From Octopus vulgaris (Eukaryota): a DNA stretch of 64,000 bases. A program made the translations under genes and the position numbers. The stretch spans positions 161,014,001-161,078,000 of the forward strand of contig OX597814.1 in NCBI GenBank assembly GCA_951406725.2, written 5' to 3'. Of the stretch, positions 1 through 15,400 are shown piece by piece. Position 1 is the first letter of the stretch, and the number at the start of each line of letters is the position of its first letter. The notes beneath the pieces were generated by a model. It searched no databases and was not told where the DNA came from. It saw only the letters and a program-made list of their open reading frames with translations.

Positions 1-229
1 TGGATCTAAAGACTGCATCATGCTCTTGTGTCTGCTTTGGCATCATTTTTATAGATATATACTTTTCCTAATGTCAACCATTTTACAGCATGTACTTGGT
101 ACTTTCTTCAAGTAACCAAGTAGTTTGCAAAATATGAACCCCAATGAAACAGCTTTATGTTAAGAGAAGATGGATAAAAGTATAAGAAATGGGACCAGTC
201 AATAATAGAAAAATACATGATTTATTTAC

Positions 230-456
230 CTTTGAACAAATGGCTTTAAGTTATTTCCTTGACTAATAGGGTATTCTTTTGAGATGTCTGAGGTATGTAG
301 GTTGTTTGCTAAGAAATTGCCAGGATTCATATTTACTTTGCATATAGAATTGGTAATTGGCATAGTAGAAATACTTGTAGGACGCACAACCACTTCACTT
401 TTGGAACATTTGTTAACCGGAGGAGGTAATTTGTTGTCTGACTCTGTTCGTGAAGG
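230..456 (-). CDS. TDRD5: TDRD5-like coding exon 18 (C-terminal tail; gene continues left of window)
   Basis: ctcttctttcag|PSRTESDNKLPPPVNKCSK...NLKPFVQ AG|GTAAAT; 227 nt open, phase 0-2. Confidence 0.72.
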
Positions 457-3400
457 CTGAAAGAAGAGACAAAAATGTTCTATAATTTCTAATCCATAAG
501 GAACTTAATAACTAGCATTCTCATATATTAACAGAGCACCAGCATGGTCTTGGTTGAAGTGGCTAAAATAAACTGAGGAACTACATAAAAGACTACCCAT
601 GCAAAACCTCATTACTATAAAATATATTATCAGTACTGAAGTGAGTGAACTCAATATTCACAAAGTCAATTAACTGATTTCAAGAATTGTCTACAGTTAT
701 TTTTGATGGGATAGAAGGCAGTGAGTATCGTTAGCATGCCAGGCAAAATGCTTAGTAACATTTTGTTCATCTTCAGGTTCCAAGTTCAACTTCTATTGTG
801 GTCGATTTTGCTTTTCATCCTTTCAGGGTCAATAAAATAAGTACTTATTGAGCACTGAGGTTGGTGCAATTGACTTAACCCGTCTCCAAACTTGCTGGCC
901 CTGTGCCAAAAATTTGAAACCATTATTTTAATGGAAATGTCCAAAAGGGGCTGTGCCACAACCATTTGCCTGCTTTCCAGCACTGATTAGACTGATATGT
1001 TTGATGTTCTATTCGAACATCTTGTAAGTTCACATCTGCAGATATAACACGAGCAGGGAACGAATTCTAGAAAGTTGATGCTCTGGGTAGAAAAAAAAAA
1101 TGAAGCAACATGCTAAGTCTAGACCATGTGAGGATAAGACATATTGGGTGGCATCTCACTACACCAGAGAAACAGAGACGATTTTTGTAGGAGTGGAATT
1201 TGGTAGGAAATGAGAGTGCATTAGCAGAGGTTGAGTGAAAGTAATTACTGCTGGCTGTGTAGCATAAAGCATAGGCAATGAGAGACCAGTGTATTAAGTT
1301 AGACTTTACTGGAGCAATACAAAATACAACTCATCTGGGAGGTTAGATAAATCATTGCTATTTACTTGTGGCTTCTACCCTGAATACTAGTGTTTATAGC
1401 AGCCACAGGTGTCAGCAATATCCCAATGTAGATCTTACTTAAGCATTTTAGAGTGTTAGCAGCTAATTCATCATCCTTTAATATCTGTTTTCCATACTGG
1501 CATGGGTTAGACGGTTTGATAGGAGCTGACCAGCCAGAGAACTGTCCAGGCTCCAATTGTCTGTTTTGGCATGGTTTCTACAGCTGAATGCCCTTCCTAA
1601 CTGTAACCACTTTACAGTGCAGTGTGTGCTGGGTACCCTTTATGCGCTACTGGCATGAGCCCAGTATCCGGCAAATAAAATCTCTTTTAAAAGACTGAAG
1701 GTGATAATTCTGTAACTCACTTCTCTATTGATCTTATCTTCACATGTGCCTGTGGCAAGAGACCCAGGATTAATATTGGTTGTTTCTGAATGCATCTTTC
1801 CTGGAAAATGTAGGAAGCATAATAAGGAAATTACAATACAATGCTGTACGTTAATGTGGGTGTACTTAATAAAACATAATGGAAATTTCTTCTCATTTCT
1901 GAAATATTTTCATTTTTAAACATTTGTAGTTATGCTACTGCTGAATTAGAAAGAAAGCACTGAGAGAAAAAGAACAAAAAACAACTCAGTATACTGTCAA
2001 ACAGACTAAGAACATTGGAATTTATGTGTTAGGTATGTTTGTAATTTATAACATTAGCAAGAATAGTTTTTTTTCCATACATTTAAATCTAAATTTATGC
2101 CACACCTAATGAGGAGAGGGAATTCTAAAACATGAGGAATCAATTACATAAATATTTTAATTTGATAAACATTTATTAAAAGTGGAACTGTTTTAGATTA
2201 GCCTTCTGTCATGTATTAAAATGATAAAGAAGATGGGCTTTTTTTTTATAGATCAAAAGAAAAAAATTAGAAAATAAATAAAAAGTAAAAAAAAATAATT
2301 TTTTTTTAAAATTGGAAATGTACCTTGTATACCATTTACTTTGCAGTTTGAAGTTTTATGGTATTCGATCTGCTGTTGTAATGTCGTTGTAATGTCATAT
2401 TGTTTATGACTAGGACTGACAGATTGATCCAGAGAATCCTTGGTAATTTCAGAAAAAATATTTTCTTCTGAGATGCCAGAAATTTCAGGTTTTGGACGAT
2501 TCTGAAATAACTAAAAATGATTCAGTTCAGTTGCATTAAAGACAGAAAATAAAACATAGCAGAAAGACAGTGAAATACCAAAATTATGCAAGGAAATACA
2601 TACATTAATAAGCAAACCAAAAAGAAATCAATAATACAAGAAAGCATTTATAAAACATGAAAGACAATGATAGACCTCAATAGCTGATTGTGATTAGTCT
2701 TTAGTCACAGAAAATATTCAAGTATTGAGTGCAAATACCTGCAAGGAGTGAAAGATATTTTACAACAGGATATCTTTCCCAATTGACAACTATTTCACTA
2801 TGAAACATGTGGTACTTGCAGTAAGATTCAAACTTTTCATCTATGTACTTATACTCTCTTCCATCTTGAGTTACTTTTTTTATAAAAGTTTATATCTAGA
2901 GAAATTGAATTTTAGCACAAAATGTTCTTTACTATTTAAAAAAAATAAAAACTATATCAAAGCACTTACGCACAAATTATTACTTAACTTTAAAAAAAAA
3001 TCTTATGAAACTACCTTCTACTCTTCTCCTCTGGAAGCCATCTACTCGCGATACCAGAAGGTGCACACTCTCCTACCCTGATGTAATCTCCAGGGATACA
3101 GGCATCCAGCAACAAGACCTCCGTAATGCTATGATGGACCGTGAAGTCTGGCGTAGCATGGTAAATTCCATTGTCTCGACCACAGTCGAACAATGATGAT
3201 GATGAAACTACCCCATTCCCCAATCCACAGACCAAATCCTCTCTTATGCTCACCTTTTTGTACCTTAAGTTTGCTCTGGTACCCCACTACTACCATCTTT
3301 ATCATCTTCGCAGTTACTATAGCTCACCCTTATATAATGTGGGGTAGCTATGTATCTCATCCATAACAAGATACCTGTACTTGTCATAATTAGCTTATCA

Positions 3401-6400
3401 GCACCTGGCATAAACCCACCCCCTCCCACTTAGTCACAGTGGGGAATTTTTCCTTTCTTGTTCTTTTTTTTGTTTTGCAACTTACTTAGCAACCTCACTA
3501 GTGCTGGTGGCACACACACATACTCAAAAAAGCACCCAGTACACATTTTAAGGCAGTTGATGTTAGGAAGGGCATCCAGCTGTAGAAAATATACCAAAGC
3601 TGACACTGGAGCTCAACAGATCCCGTCAAACCATCCACTTATACTAGCATGGAAAACAGACATTAAATGATGAAAATAGGAAATTATTTAAAAAAAAGGG
3701 AAATTATGTAACTGACATTAGTATGAAATACTTAAATATGTTCCCATAATTTGAGAAGTTTACTGTATTCTTGTAAACAAATTTTAAATATCAGCTTTGA
3801 GACCGAACTCCATTCTCATGAACATATATATTTAACTACTTGTATGAATTATTAATTCTGATTGTCTACAGTATTTACCAAACAATTATTTTAGTTCTCT
3901 GTTCTGTGAATTTAACATATCTCTTGACCTAAAGATTTACCACACAAATTATTGAGCTATAAAAACATAGTATTCTGATTAAATCATTTTCATAATAATT
4001 TTCTCTGATATCAAATAATACATTAGCACATCTTTGTGTATCCAACTTAACATGACAAAGTTTAGCACAAAAGACAATAACTACAGGTAAGATTCTAACT
4101 ACTTGCACAGAAATGGTTAAAATATTGCTAAGATAATACAGGATTGGTTAAAATATTGCTAAGAAAATACAGGATTGATTGAAATATTGCTAAGATAATA
4201 CAGGATTGATTTACAAGAAGACAGTTTCAAGAACATGTAAAAACAAATGCATTTCTTAACCAAAGATTATCTTTACTGGAGATTGAAATAATCCTCTAAT
4301 ACAATCTAGGAAGAAACATGCTATCACTAAAACATTATCCAATGAATAATAAATAAAAGTTTTAATTTTGTGGCAGAAGAAAATGGCTAGAAACAAAAAT
4401 CTTTTTGTATATATTTGTAATAGTGAAGAATCCAAAATAGAGATTTTAAAATAATTTACAATACAGAAACAAAAAATATATTAAAAAAGAAAACAGATTA
4501 TATAAGTAAAAAGATCATTCCATAAGTATTAAAACTAAAATTGGATGCAGATACAAAGGACATAACTTACTATGTATTTGTGTCCACAGAACATATGCAT
4601 TTGAAACTATTTTCAAGCCTAGATTTCATCCTCAAAGAGAACCTAAATGGTTTGATTTGATTATTGCAAATTAAGCTATTATGTAAAATAGTTATCAGTA
4701 AACTGTTACACTTTGATAGTATTTGTTGAAGATGGAGATATTCTCTGAGAATAAATCACAATTGATAATTAAAAATAAAAATTCTGAATTATCACACAAT
4801 CACTTCTGTATAAGACCCATGAACTGGAGAAGTAAAAATCAATCTGTATTCAGGTTTCATCAAATTTCATTTAACAGAATCACTGGATAGCACCTTATTA
4901 AAGACTTAAAACATGCAAAATGTTGCATCTCATCAACTGTTATTGGAGATTCAAATTCTTTTATCTAGGATGCTTTTCTATAAGAAGCAAATTTGATATC
5001 CCTGTTAATAAATTTGCTTAATATTAGAATATAAATGTACAAGCAACATAATTTTAATTTCTGACTAAGAATAAAATTAAAACATTTTTTCGTAGCTTAC
5101 AAGCAAATTTGATAGCAGAATTTACAAGTTTCATCATAACTCACACAAAGTTATTTTTTATAAATTTCAAATCAAATTATGCTGACTGTATATTTCCCAT
5201 GCAGACATAATTAAACTAAGAAAATTGATGCAAAACAAAGAACATTTATATTTCAAAACTCCAGAGAGAGAGAGAGAGAAAAAGCTAGAATTGCTACACC
5301 AGAACAGAATCAGCAAAGAATATAAAATACTGAAATCCAAAATAAAACAAATATACAACATAGCTAAAATGCATAACACAATCCTTCATCTGTATGTTCT
5401 TTCCTCATTAGGAATGATATTTGCTCTCAAAGTCAAAATTGTAACTGTTGCAGAATGCTATTACAGCTGACAAAGAGAAAATGCCTTCTTGCTTATTCAA
5501 TAGTATGGAAAGGACAACAAAATACTAACAAAGCTTGCAGGATGACCAGGTTACAAATAAATAAATAAATAAAATAGCAGCAATTTCTTTTCCTGTTATG
5601 GTCAAGAAACAGCAAATAACTAGGATAGAGAGACAGGATAGCTTTTACTGGGATAGCTGACACTGAACTAACTCACCAGTGCAACCAAAGACTGTAGGTA
5701 GACTGTATGTGGAAACCATTCTGGGGTTTGTTGAGGAAGAACTGGCTCATGTTGATAGCCTATATAAGTATTTGTTGGCATTCTTTTATTTGTGCCTTCT
5801 GGCAGACTGCATCTCTAAAATGTAACAATCACCATCAGCAAAAATATGTGCAACTTGTTTTACAGCAAATCTGATTGGTGGAGGTACAAATTACAAAGAG
5901 ATGTTTTGTTTTTATATAAACAAATGAAACTGCACTGCAATAAAATTGTTTGTGTATTTTTATTTAAGAGAAAAATGAAGAATTGCAAATTCTGCCTTTG
6001 AAAAGGGCTAAAATAAAAAAAATCTTAAAAGTAATCAATCAATTTGTCAATTATTAAACCAATGAAAAACAATAAGTTTTTTTTTCAATATCTATTTTTC
6101 CATAATACTATAGGTTACACAGCCAAGCTATCATTTGATGTCAACTTTTAAATGTTTTTATACAGTTTTCTGTACTGAGTTGGACAGCTCTAGAAAGTCA
6201 TTAAAGATTTAATGTATAATAAGAGAAAGAGCAATATCATTTAAAATGATGGAGAGCACTCCTATTGCTATTCTAGCAATTAAGTTTAAGCTATAAAAAC
6301 ACTACAATGCCTATTAAGAAATTTAGAGCCTATATGTTAAAACAATTTTCCAGGTCATTGTGCTCTAAACAAAATTGATTACACTAAATCATAACAAATA

Positions 6401-9400
6401 TATATGATGGATCTTTCAAACATGTTCTAACCTTAAAAATTTGGGAATGTTTCTTTAAACTGTATGGAAATGTTCTATTAATGACAGACTCAAATGATAT
6501 TAAATGTCAATGTAGCAACAAAAGACATTTGCAGTACATGATCTGATTTTGAAAAAAATCAGTTGAAGAATTTGAAATCATTGAAAAGTCCCAATGGTGT
6601 GATGAAAAATTTATGACATTAAAACAGAAGTAAATGACAACCAGAGTGTATGAGTTTATTAGCAGTATAACCTCCCCACAATACATCTAAAATTGTTTAA
6701 TATTTATTTTCTCATACTAGAAAGGTCTAGATGGGAAACTGTTTTTGAGATACTCTTCTGTTGCCAACCCTCAGTTCTTCCAGTAATACCATTGCACTTC
6801 TTGTGTGTCCATAGCTTGCACTGAGTACACTATCTAGAATTCATGCCTACACCTTTCCTACATGTCAAACAGTGCCATTTACCTAATAGGAGTAGAACCC
6901 TACCAGTTTCCCTGTTTACAAATATTTTAGTCTTAGTTAACTTCAAGGCCTTTTGATTTCAGGTTTTGCTTCCACACCAGGAATTTTTTTTACTAATTCC
7001 ACAACAAATTTTGTTATAAGAATGAAGCATTCAGCACATAGAAGTTCCCAAGCGCAGATTGTTTTCTTAAATTTCTCTGTTATGGCTTAGAGAACAGTGA
7101 TGAATAAGAGGGTCATTGTACTTGTGGCTAACTCTCACAAGCCATTTGTCAATCCCAAGATCACAAAATGGGAGTGTCAAATGTTAAGCATAATGGCTTA
7201 CTTTTAGCTAAATACTTCTCACTAAGATGACATCAATACTGCTTTTCTCATGGACAAAACCAAGCTGCACATCAACTCTGTATGTGTAAAGTTACCTCCT
7301 CAAGTCGTGTTGACTAAGAAGGGCCAGTTTCCTGGTTTCCATGGTGATAAATCTCCCACCTGGATGGGATGCTAGTCTGTAGTAGGATTACTCATTCTTG
7401 CCAGCTGAGCAGAGTGGGGCAACATGAAGTGTTTTGCTCAAAAACACAATGCATTGCCCAGTCCAGGAATCGAAACCACAATCTTAGGATCATGAGTCTA
7501 ACACACTAGCCACTAAGCCACACACCTCCACTTAGTGTGTGTGTGTGTGTATACACATAGGAGTTTAAAACAGTATCTGTCTACCAAATCCACTCATAAG
7601 GAATTGGTTAACCCCAAATAATAGTAGAAACCACTCACCCAAAGCACTACAAAGTGGGACTGAACCTGAAACCCTGTGGTTGTAAAGTGAATTTCTTAAC
7701 TTCACAACCATACCTGCACCTGTCTAATTCATATTCTGGTAGCACTAGTACAACAGAATATGAACCACTTGAGGACAGCAGCAATAACCTTAAAACAAAG
7801 TGCAAAACAGCCTCCAGTAAATCTTCATGTTTAGTTCTCAAGTCCATCAGTTCTTGTTAAGCTTTGTTGTGATATGTTTATTATGCAACCTCAAAAATCA
7901 ACCTCTTCGGGTAACTGACTTGAGTATTGCACTACATAATTTCTCGCATGGACAGCTATGTGGATAATTCAGCAGCAGATAGTGGGAATAACTTTCACAT
8001 AAGCCTTTACATTAGATTAACTGAAAACATTGTTTATAGAGAAATACTATAATCAAAGCTTTAGTTTCATTACATGGATCACTTTGTAATCATAAACAAA
8101 CTAAAATTTGAGGAAATTTCTAAATGTAAGAAGAGAATACAATATTTTGTTATCACTATATTTTGTTAAGTTATTTAGTGAACCTAAGGACCACAATTAT
8201 TAGTTGCTATAAATGTGGGGAAAAAACAACAAAATAATGAAGTGAAGTGTAAATATTTTTATCCTTACATCTGTGTCAGGATCATTGTCATCAGGATAAA
8301 ATATACAGTATTTTTCAGCCACAAGGACATCGTTAATATGAATGTCAATTTTGTTGTCAGAAGTATCTGTCAGACAGACAGACATTACACGGTCCTAAAC
8401 AAAAAGATAAAAGACAAATAATTGGATAACATTTGGATAGTGTCTGGGGATTATTCTACCCACCTACAGCCCTTAATAAAATGAATTCCTTTAACATAAT
8501 TATTAGCGATTAAGTGTAAAAAAAAAAAAGAAAGAAATATAACAGAAGAAAGTCTACAAGAATGAATAAGCCTAAATATTTTTTAAATAATTTACCATCA
8601 GCCGAAGAAAATTGCAGTGATTCATAAGTTTCAATACATCAATTATTTTGTAACAAATTTTTTCTCATGAAATATACTGTTTACTACTGTTTTAATTAAT
8701 CTTGGAAATAATCAGGAATAGAGAGGTTTAGTGAAGCAACTAACTTTTACATTAAAGCTATTTGGAAGATTCTTCTAAGAGAAACTTATGAGATTGGAAT
8801 CTTTATTAGTAAACTCTTAAAAGAGGTCATGCACAGTAAAATTGAGGCAGTCTCCAGTAGGATAGTATCAAATGACAGAACAGCAACTGTCTTATAAAGT
8901 CAAAATTCATGGTGGGATTGGGTAGCCATTCTTTAAAAATGACAGCAATTTTCTTTTTTAAAGAAAGGAAGAGTTATAATATAAAATATATAAAAGAAAA
9001 TAAAAGATTGGTTATTAAACAAATGTTTAAATAATAAATAATATATACCTTCACTTGTATAACAAGAGCAATTAGTGGTTTGTTGAAACACAGAGATAAC
9101 ATACGGTTCCTGGCTTTTGTGCTCCATTCCTAAAGAGATAATTCAAAACTTACATTGAAACATAAAACAATTCTGAATGTTAACAACTAATGTCAAAACA
9201 AGCAATGCAAAGTGAATGCTTATCTATTTTAACACAAATATACGGTGATGGTGCTAAAAAAAAAAAATTAGGCGCAGGAGTGGCTGTGTGGTAAGTAGCT
9301 TGCTTACCAACCACACGGTTCTGGGTTCAGTCCCACTGCGTGGCACCTTGGGCAAGTGTCTTCTACTATAGCCTCGGGCGAACCAAAGCCTTGTGAGTGG

Positions 9401-12400
9401 ATTTGGCAGACGGAAACTGAAAAGAAGCCTGTCATATATATGTATGTATGTGTGTGTGTGTGCCCCCAAGACTTGTTATGCTTCAGTAATTCTGAGTGTG
9501 AAAAAATGTTTCCAAAAGTCATGGGTGCTGTATTGTTTTTCTGATTTTGTAAGCATGTAAACAAGAATTATACATGAAGATCTTTAAATAACTTACATCA
9601 TTAATTGGTTTTACATTTGCTAATCTTCCTTCTATTGCTTGCATTGGTAGACTTAAGAAATGGTTTCTGTAAAAGACATAAAATTAGAAACCTCAGATTC
9701 AAAGCTATTGGGAGAAGTAAAGAAGATGAACTTTCAGAAAAGAGGTTCTAACATACCGAAGTAAGCGTAGAGAGTTGCGAGAGACTGTGCAAGTATTGCC
9801 ATAGTCAACAAAATACACCTGAAAACCAATAAAATTACAAAGGTTACAAATGGATGCAGAAAATTTTCAAAGATTTAAAAAAAAAAATTGAATAAATAAC
9901 AAAGAATTCAAAATAAAAAATCCTTTTCTAAATGTAAGGTTAATGTGCTGGACAGTATGAAATATACAATGCTATATTTTAGAAAATAAGCACATTGTCA
10001 AAACAAGCAATGCAACCTTTATATAAAGGTTGACATACTTGATAACAATATTTCTGGCTATATATTTAAATTTATTTTGAAAATATTAAACAATTTAGAA
10101 ATAAAATAACTTTTTTGTTCCTTATTAAGCCATGTTTAGAACAAAAAACTATGATGGGAGACTTCATTTTTAAAATTTTACAAAGAAATAATTTTGTATC
10201 ATTGAAACAGAGGCAGTGTTAGGAAGTTGGCTTGAAAAGGATTAACTGTTTAAGAGGCTAAGGAGATATTCAACCAAAATATTGAAGGAACCAAGAGAGG
10301 ACTGTTAAATTTTAGGAATAATATTTTTATGATGTTTTGTAAAACTTACCTCAACAAAGGATACATTTGGTACTTTCGTAATATAAACTCTATGCCAATT
10401 TTGATCTTCGGGATATATAGCTGCTGCTACTAAGCCTACACAAATGAATTCATCTGGAACATGATAGGCATCAGCATCAGAGGAATAATATAATAATCTA
10501 TAAAAAAACAAACAACAATATTAATTCATTGATTACATGAATAGGTACATGGCTGGTAACTAACTAAATGACTGTGCAAGATTAGAGAAAAACTCTTCAA
10601 CAGAATATAAAACCAAATACATTTAAACATTTGTTTCTTCATATTGTCTAATTTAATTTTCTTTAAATTGATCTTTGATTCATTCTTTGAACTACCTCTA
10701 CTTTGATTCTTCTGATACTTCATGTATTTTTCATCAGGTATACAATTTAATGTTCGAAATTCAATAGATCTATATTACACACCTACAAATTATTTTATTC
10801 TGTGCCAATATTTAGATACTCAACTCTTTAGGTTTCATTGTTATTCAGCATAATTTTTTTCTAACATACATTTTATAAAACACTTTATGAACAATTTTTG
10901 TTAATACAAATACTGATCAAATCATTCCATCATCATCATCATCCTCATTTAACATCTGTCTTCCATGCTAGCATGGGTGAGATGGCGCCACAAGAGCTGG
11001 CCAGACCAAAGCCTGCACCAGACTTCTGTGACTATAATAGATTCATTTCTAACTCCTTTGTTGCATTACATCCAATTTCCTACTAAAATCTCCAGTTAAT
11101 TTATACTTAAATAGAAAATCCCAGTTGTGAATTTTACTTTAAAACTCCAAAAATTGAAATATTCTTGTGTCAGTGATATGATAAAATGCATCCAGGCCAT
11201 GTTGTAAAATGGTTAGTAATAGGAAGGGCGTCTAGCTGTAAAGACCATATGTAACAACAAAGATTGGTAGTTTTATCTTTTGTTGTGAGCATCAGAAAAC
11301 TAAGGCCAAGTAGTAAGATGTGCTGTAAACAAAACTGTCCAATCCATGCCAGGATGGAAAAACCAACAAATTATTTTATTTTGAATTTGAACACCATCCG
11401 AAAGATCTCTACTGAGGTAGAATGACAAAAAAAGTTCAATTTAACAAGACATTTACTACGTATGGAAACCCAAATCTACTCTGTGAGATGTCATCTTTTT
11501 CAACAAGTTCATATACTGCCTAGTTTCCTATGAAACCTGCATGTGATTATGAGAAGCTATCAAATAGGCTTCACAAGATGAATAGATTACAATAAGTGAA
11601 TAATCTTCAACTCTTTAGCATTCACATTATTCTGTCAAAAGTAATGCTCATGTATTCACATCTTTTTAATTAATCTTGCATTATCTTATAGCTTTGAGGA
11701 TAATTTTTAGAATGACATTTGTAGGGTAGATGTGCAAGGCCAGATATGGCCAATTTGAACATGATACAGGTAGAATATTTGGGCTGAATATGGCTGGTGT
11801 AAGTACTAAAGGGTAGTTTTCTCTTATCAATTAATAAATTTAACTTACTCAAGTTCATCCATCAAATTCTCCAAAGCAACAGAGTATGCTTTTCCTCGGA
11901 ATTTCAACCAAAAATGTCCTGGGTTTTCAATGTTGCTAACAAACACTTCAACAAAATGGATGTTATTTGGGATATCAAGAAGTCGATATGCCACACCAGG
12001 ACCAACAGCATCTTCTGGTAAGGATGTAATGGCTAAAGACTGGGGAGGATTCTGAAACAGTTTGAACATTCTTAAATATATCACATTGAACAAGAAATAA
12101 TAAAGTGGGAAATAGGCAAGCATTTTAAAATCAAGTGTGTGTGTGTGAATATATGTATAATGTACATATGCATATATGTATGCATATGTAAACATGCAAT
12201 CGATATACAGTACTCATAACACTAAGTCAAACTACAGGAAGCTGGTGGTATGAGATTGATATTCTAAGTTCTCACACACTTATATCATTAGAACATGTAG
12301 ATATTAAAAGAACACAAGTGCACATGCAAACACGCACATTGAGTTAGTGTGTGGATATAATAGTGTTTAACAGTTAATTAGTAGCCAATGGAATGCAAAA

Positions 12401-15400
12401 CTCCAAAATTACATTATACCATTATGAAAACATTTTGGAGAATTATGAATTCTGATCACTAGTCTTCATGAATTCTGAATTAACAAGTACCCCAGACTCA
12501 TAAAGAGAGCACTGGAATATGAGTAGGTAAGCAAAAATATTTGAGGATATTTAAAACTATGTCTAACAAAACATATACAGAGAAAATAATTTACTTGGAA
12601 TGAATTTATTTCCAACCTCAACTGTATTATGTATAAGCAGAAATTAAACCAATCAAATCATCCCTTGATGTTTTTGATACTATTCAAGCAAACCACTAAC
12701 TTTAAAGTGTTCATATTTAAATTAAAATCTATCATAGTGCTATGCAAGTACATTTAGTTGCATTCTATTACAAATGCAAGGTAAATACATCAACTAATGA
12801 AAAAAGTTATAGTTATTCTACTAACTTCTAAATTTTTGAGTATTTAAAATTAAATGAAACAGGGAAGTTTTCTTGTTAGAAAAATAGACAAAAAAATGGT
12901 TAAAACAATAAAAACAGAAGAGTCAAGCAAATGTAAGAGGCAAGAATGAGAAGTAGAATTAATAAATGATTAATACCACAGAATGTTTTGGAATAAGTTG
13001 TTGAATAGGTTGCTGATTTTCTTTAGAGTTGTATTTTTTTGCAGATTTTATGGTCAAACATGCTGTCATAGAAAAGTGAAAAGAATTTCTTTTACAAATT
13101 GATAGAGATGAAAATAAATAGAATTTTTAAAGGTATTAAAATAGTATATACCACAAAAGAATTTACATGTTAGTAAAAACATACATTAACACTTTTTTTA
13201 AAAATAATCTTTACCTATTTTAAAAAGTCAACTCAGGCAAATGACTAACAAACCAGTGAGATTTTGAAATGAGAATTCATTTAACTTAACCAGACTGCTC
13301 TAATGGAGTAGTGTTTCTGAGCCATATTCCAAATGGAATGCAAATTGCTCGATCAAACTTGCCCGAGGCACAGTCCTCTCAAATCTCAAGTCCATTTATA
13401 GTCAAATCTCAAGTCAATTCAAGTTAAAGCGATTTGGCTTGTTAACCTTCTATGAGACAACCATAACTTTTAAATGATAAAAAACATTTTCTTTATTTAA
13501 AAGAAAACTTGGGGAAAGCTATCATCAATATTCAATCTACCAAATAAGATATTTAGTTGCAAGGAACTGTTATTTAATATTAATCTAGACTTTTACAAAA
13601 AATATAATTTTTCAAGCTTTTAACCTCATCTTTGATGTAATGAGGCATGTACAACATATAGTTTAGAAAAGTAAAGGCTCCTAGTTGGAATTCAACCCAG
13701 ATGTATGTAGATGTAAATATTTACAAAACAAAATGACTTATCTATAGAAATTAGGTTAATAGCCTGAAAAATTATAAACATATTAACATCTTATTTTGGA
13801 CATTTCAACATTTAAAATTTTATAATATAATTTTACTGTCCGTAGTTGTTGATTCTGGTAGCCAAGATTAAACCAGAAAAAGGAAATAGGATTCTTTGAT
13901 ATGAACTACCAACAATGGTGGCTTCTCTAACAAGAAAACCATGAACATTCACACATATCTAACATTAAATAAATTTACTTAACACCAGATTATCTTAAAC
14001 TAGTCATAACTCTCAAATCAAATTGTTCATTAAAACCTCATAGATACAAGTAAATGAGTGCTCTACAGATATAAACTATATGACCTGTCCAGATTGCTGC
14101 TCAACAGACCAGTTGGAGAGTAATAATTATCTCTTGTTTCACACAAAAGGCTATGCAAATACACACACAACTTACGACAGAAAACAGAAAATATTTTATA
14201 AAATGTGTGTATAGATACACACACATTATATAAAACATATACTAACCATTTCCAGAGTAACTTATTTCAATAATATTATTGGCCAGCGAGAGTATGTAGC
14301 TCTCCAGGCTTTTATAACCAACATCTGAAGGTTGAAATTCTGACCCTGTTGTTGCCTGAAATAAAAGGAACAGTAAAATAAATGGAGAAACTACAAATTA
14401 TTACTTCTTCCAAGATTAAATAGAAAAATTCTAAAATGCTTTCACTAAAAGTCAATAATGACCACATTACTGAAAGCAATATCATAGATTCCTCTTGCCC
14501 TTATATTTCTATATTTCCAAGGCTTCAAAAATAAAATCCTAAGTTACCTTTTGATTACACACCTTCATAGTTGAAAATGAGAGTATTTGATGGATTAAAA
14601 CTGAAAGAAATTGAGTCACAACTGGAATGACTTTGATCACAGGTCATCTTCTTCAGGAATGATCTGTGGCTAAACAACAGCACAACACTTGGAAACAAAT
14701 TTTATACTCTGTGCAGTAATTACCAAGTCTAATTTTAAATGGTGATTGCTATGAAAGGGCAAAATTCCAGATATCAAATAACACAATAGAAAGAAATTGC
14801 ATCAATTATTAAAAAAATAAATAAATAAATTTGTTGATATCAATATTTCTCACCTTGTAGTTCTCCATAAAGCAATCTAGATTTAGTCCATTTGGAAAAG
14901 ATTCCATCATTTTGGAAATACTAAATCGAACTTCTTTTTCTCTTTCTTTGATTAGCTTATTTTTATTTAACTCAAGAGAATGCAACTGATCTATTAGGGG
15001 AGAAAAAAAATAAAATAAGAACTAAAATACCAATTGTAGATGATAAAGCAAACAGTTAAGATTTTTCATTAAAAACAAACTTTTAAATTGATTAAGAATC
15101 TAGGACAAACCTTTTCTATTTGTCCTAGATTCTTGCGTTTGATAATTCTAATTGTTAAACATGGAAGGTGGACATTAAACGATGATGATGATGAATTTCA
15201 AATATTTTATTTGAGTACAGATGTTTTATAGCCGAATATCCCCACCCCTTCTTGGAATCAACTTCAGTAGTGAATTTTAAGTCTACTGCAAGTCTTACTC
15301 AAAAGTAGTTTTAACAGGATTTGGAATATAATATAATAATAATAATGAAATTATTGTATACAGTGCTCAGGTGCACCACAACTATTCAGTAGAAGAGTCA

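Noticed and set aside
7647-7860. ORFs between exons 14 and 15
   Set aside because: They run into a SINE fragment; the phase-0 reading from the best acceptor stops early.
9270-9345. tRNA genes at SINE heads
   Set aside because: A/B boxes are present, but no complete cloverleaf and each continues into a SINE body.
13830-13930. Possible exon between exons 7 and 8
   Set aside because: The required frame hits TAA before a credible donor.
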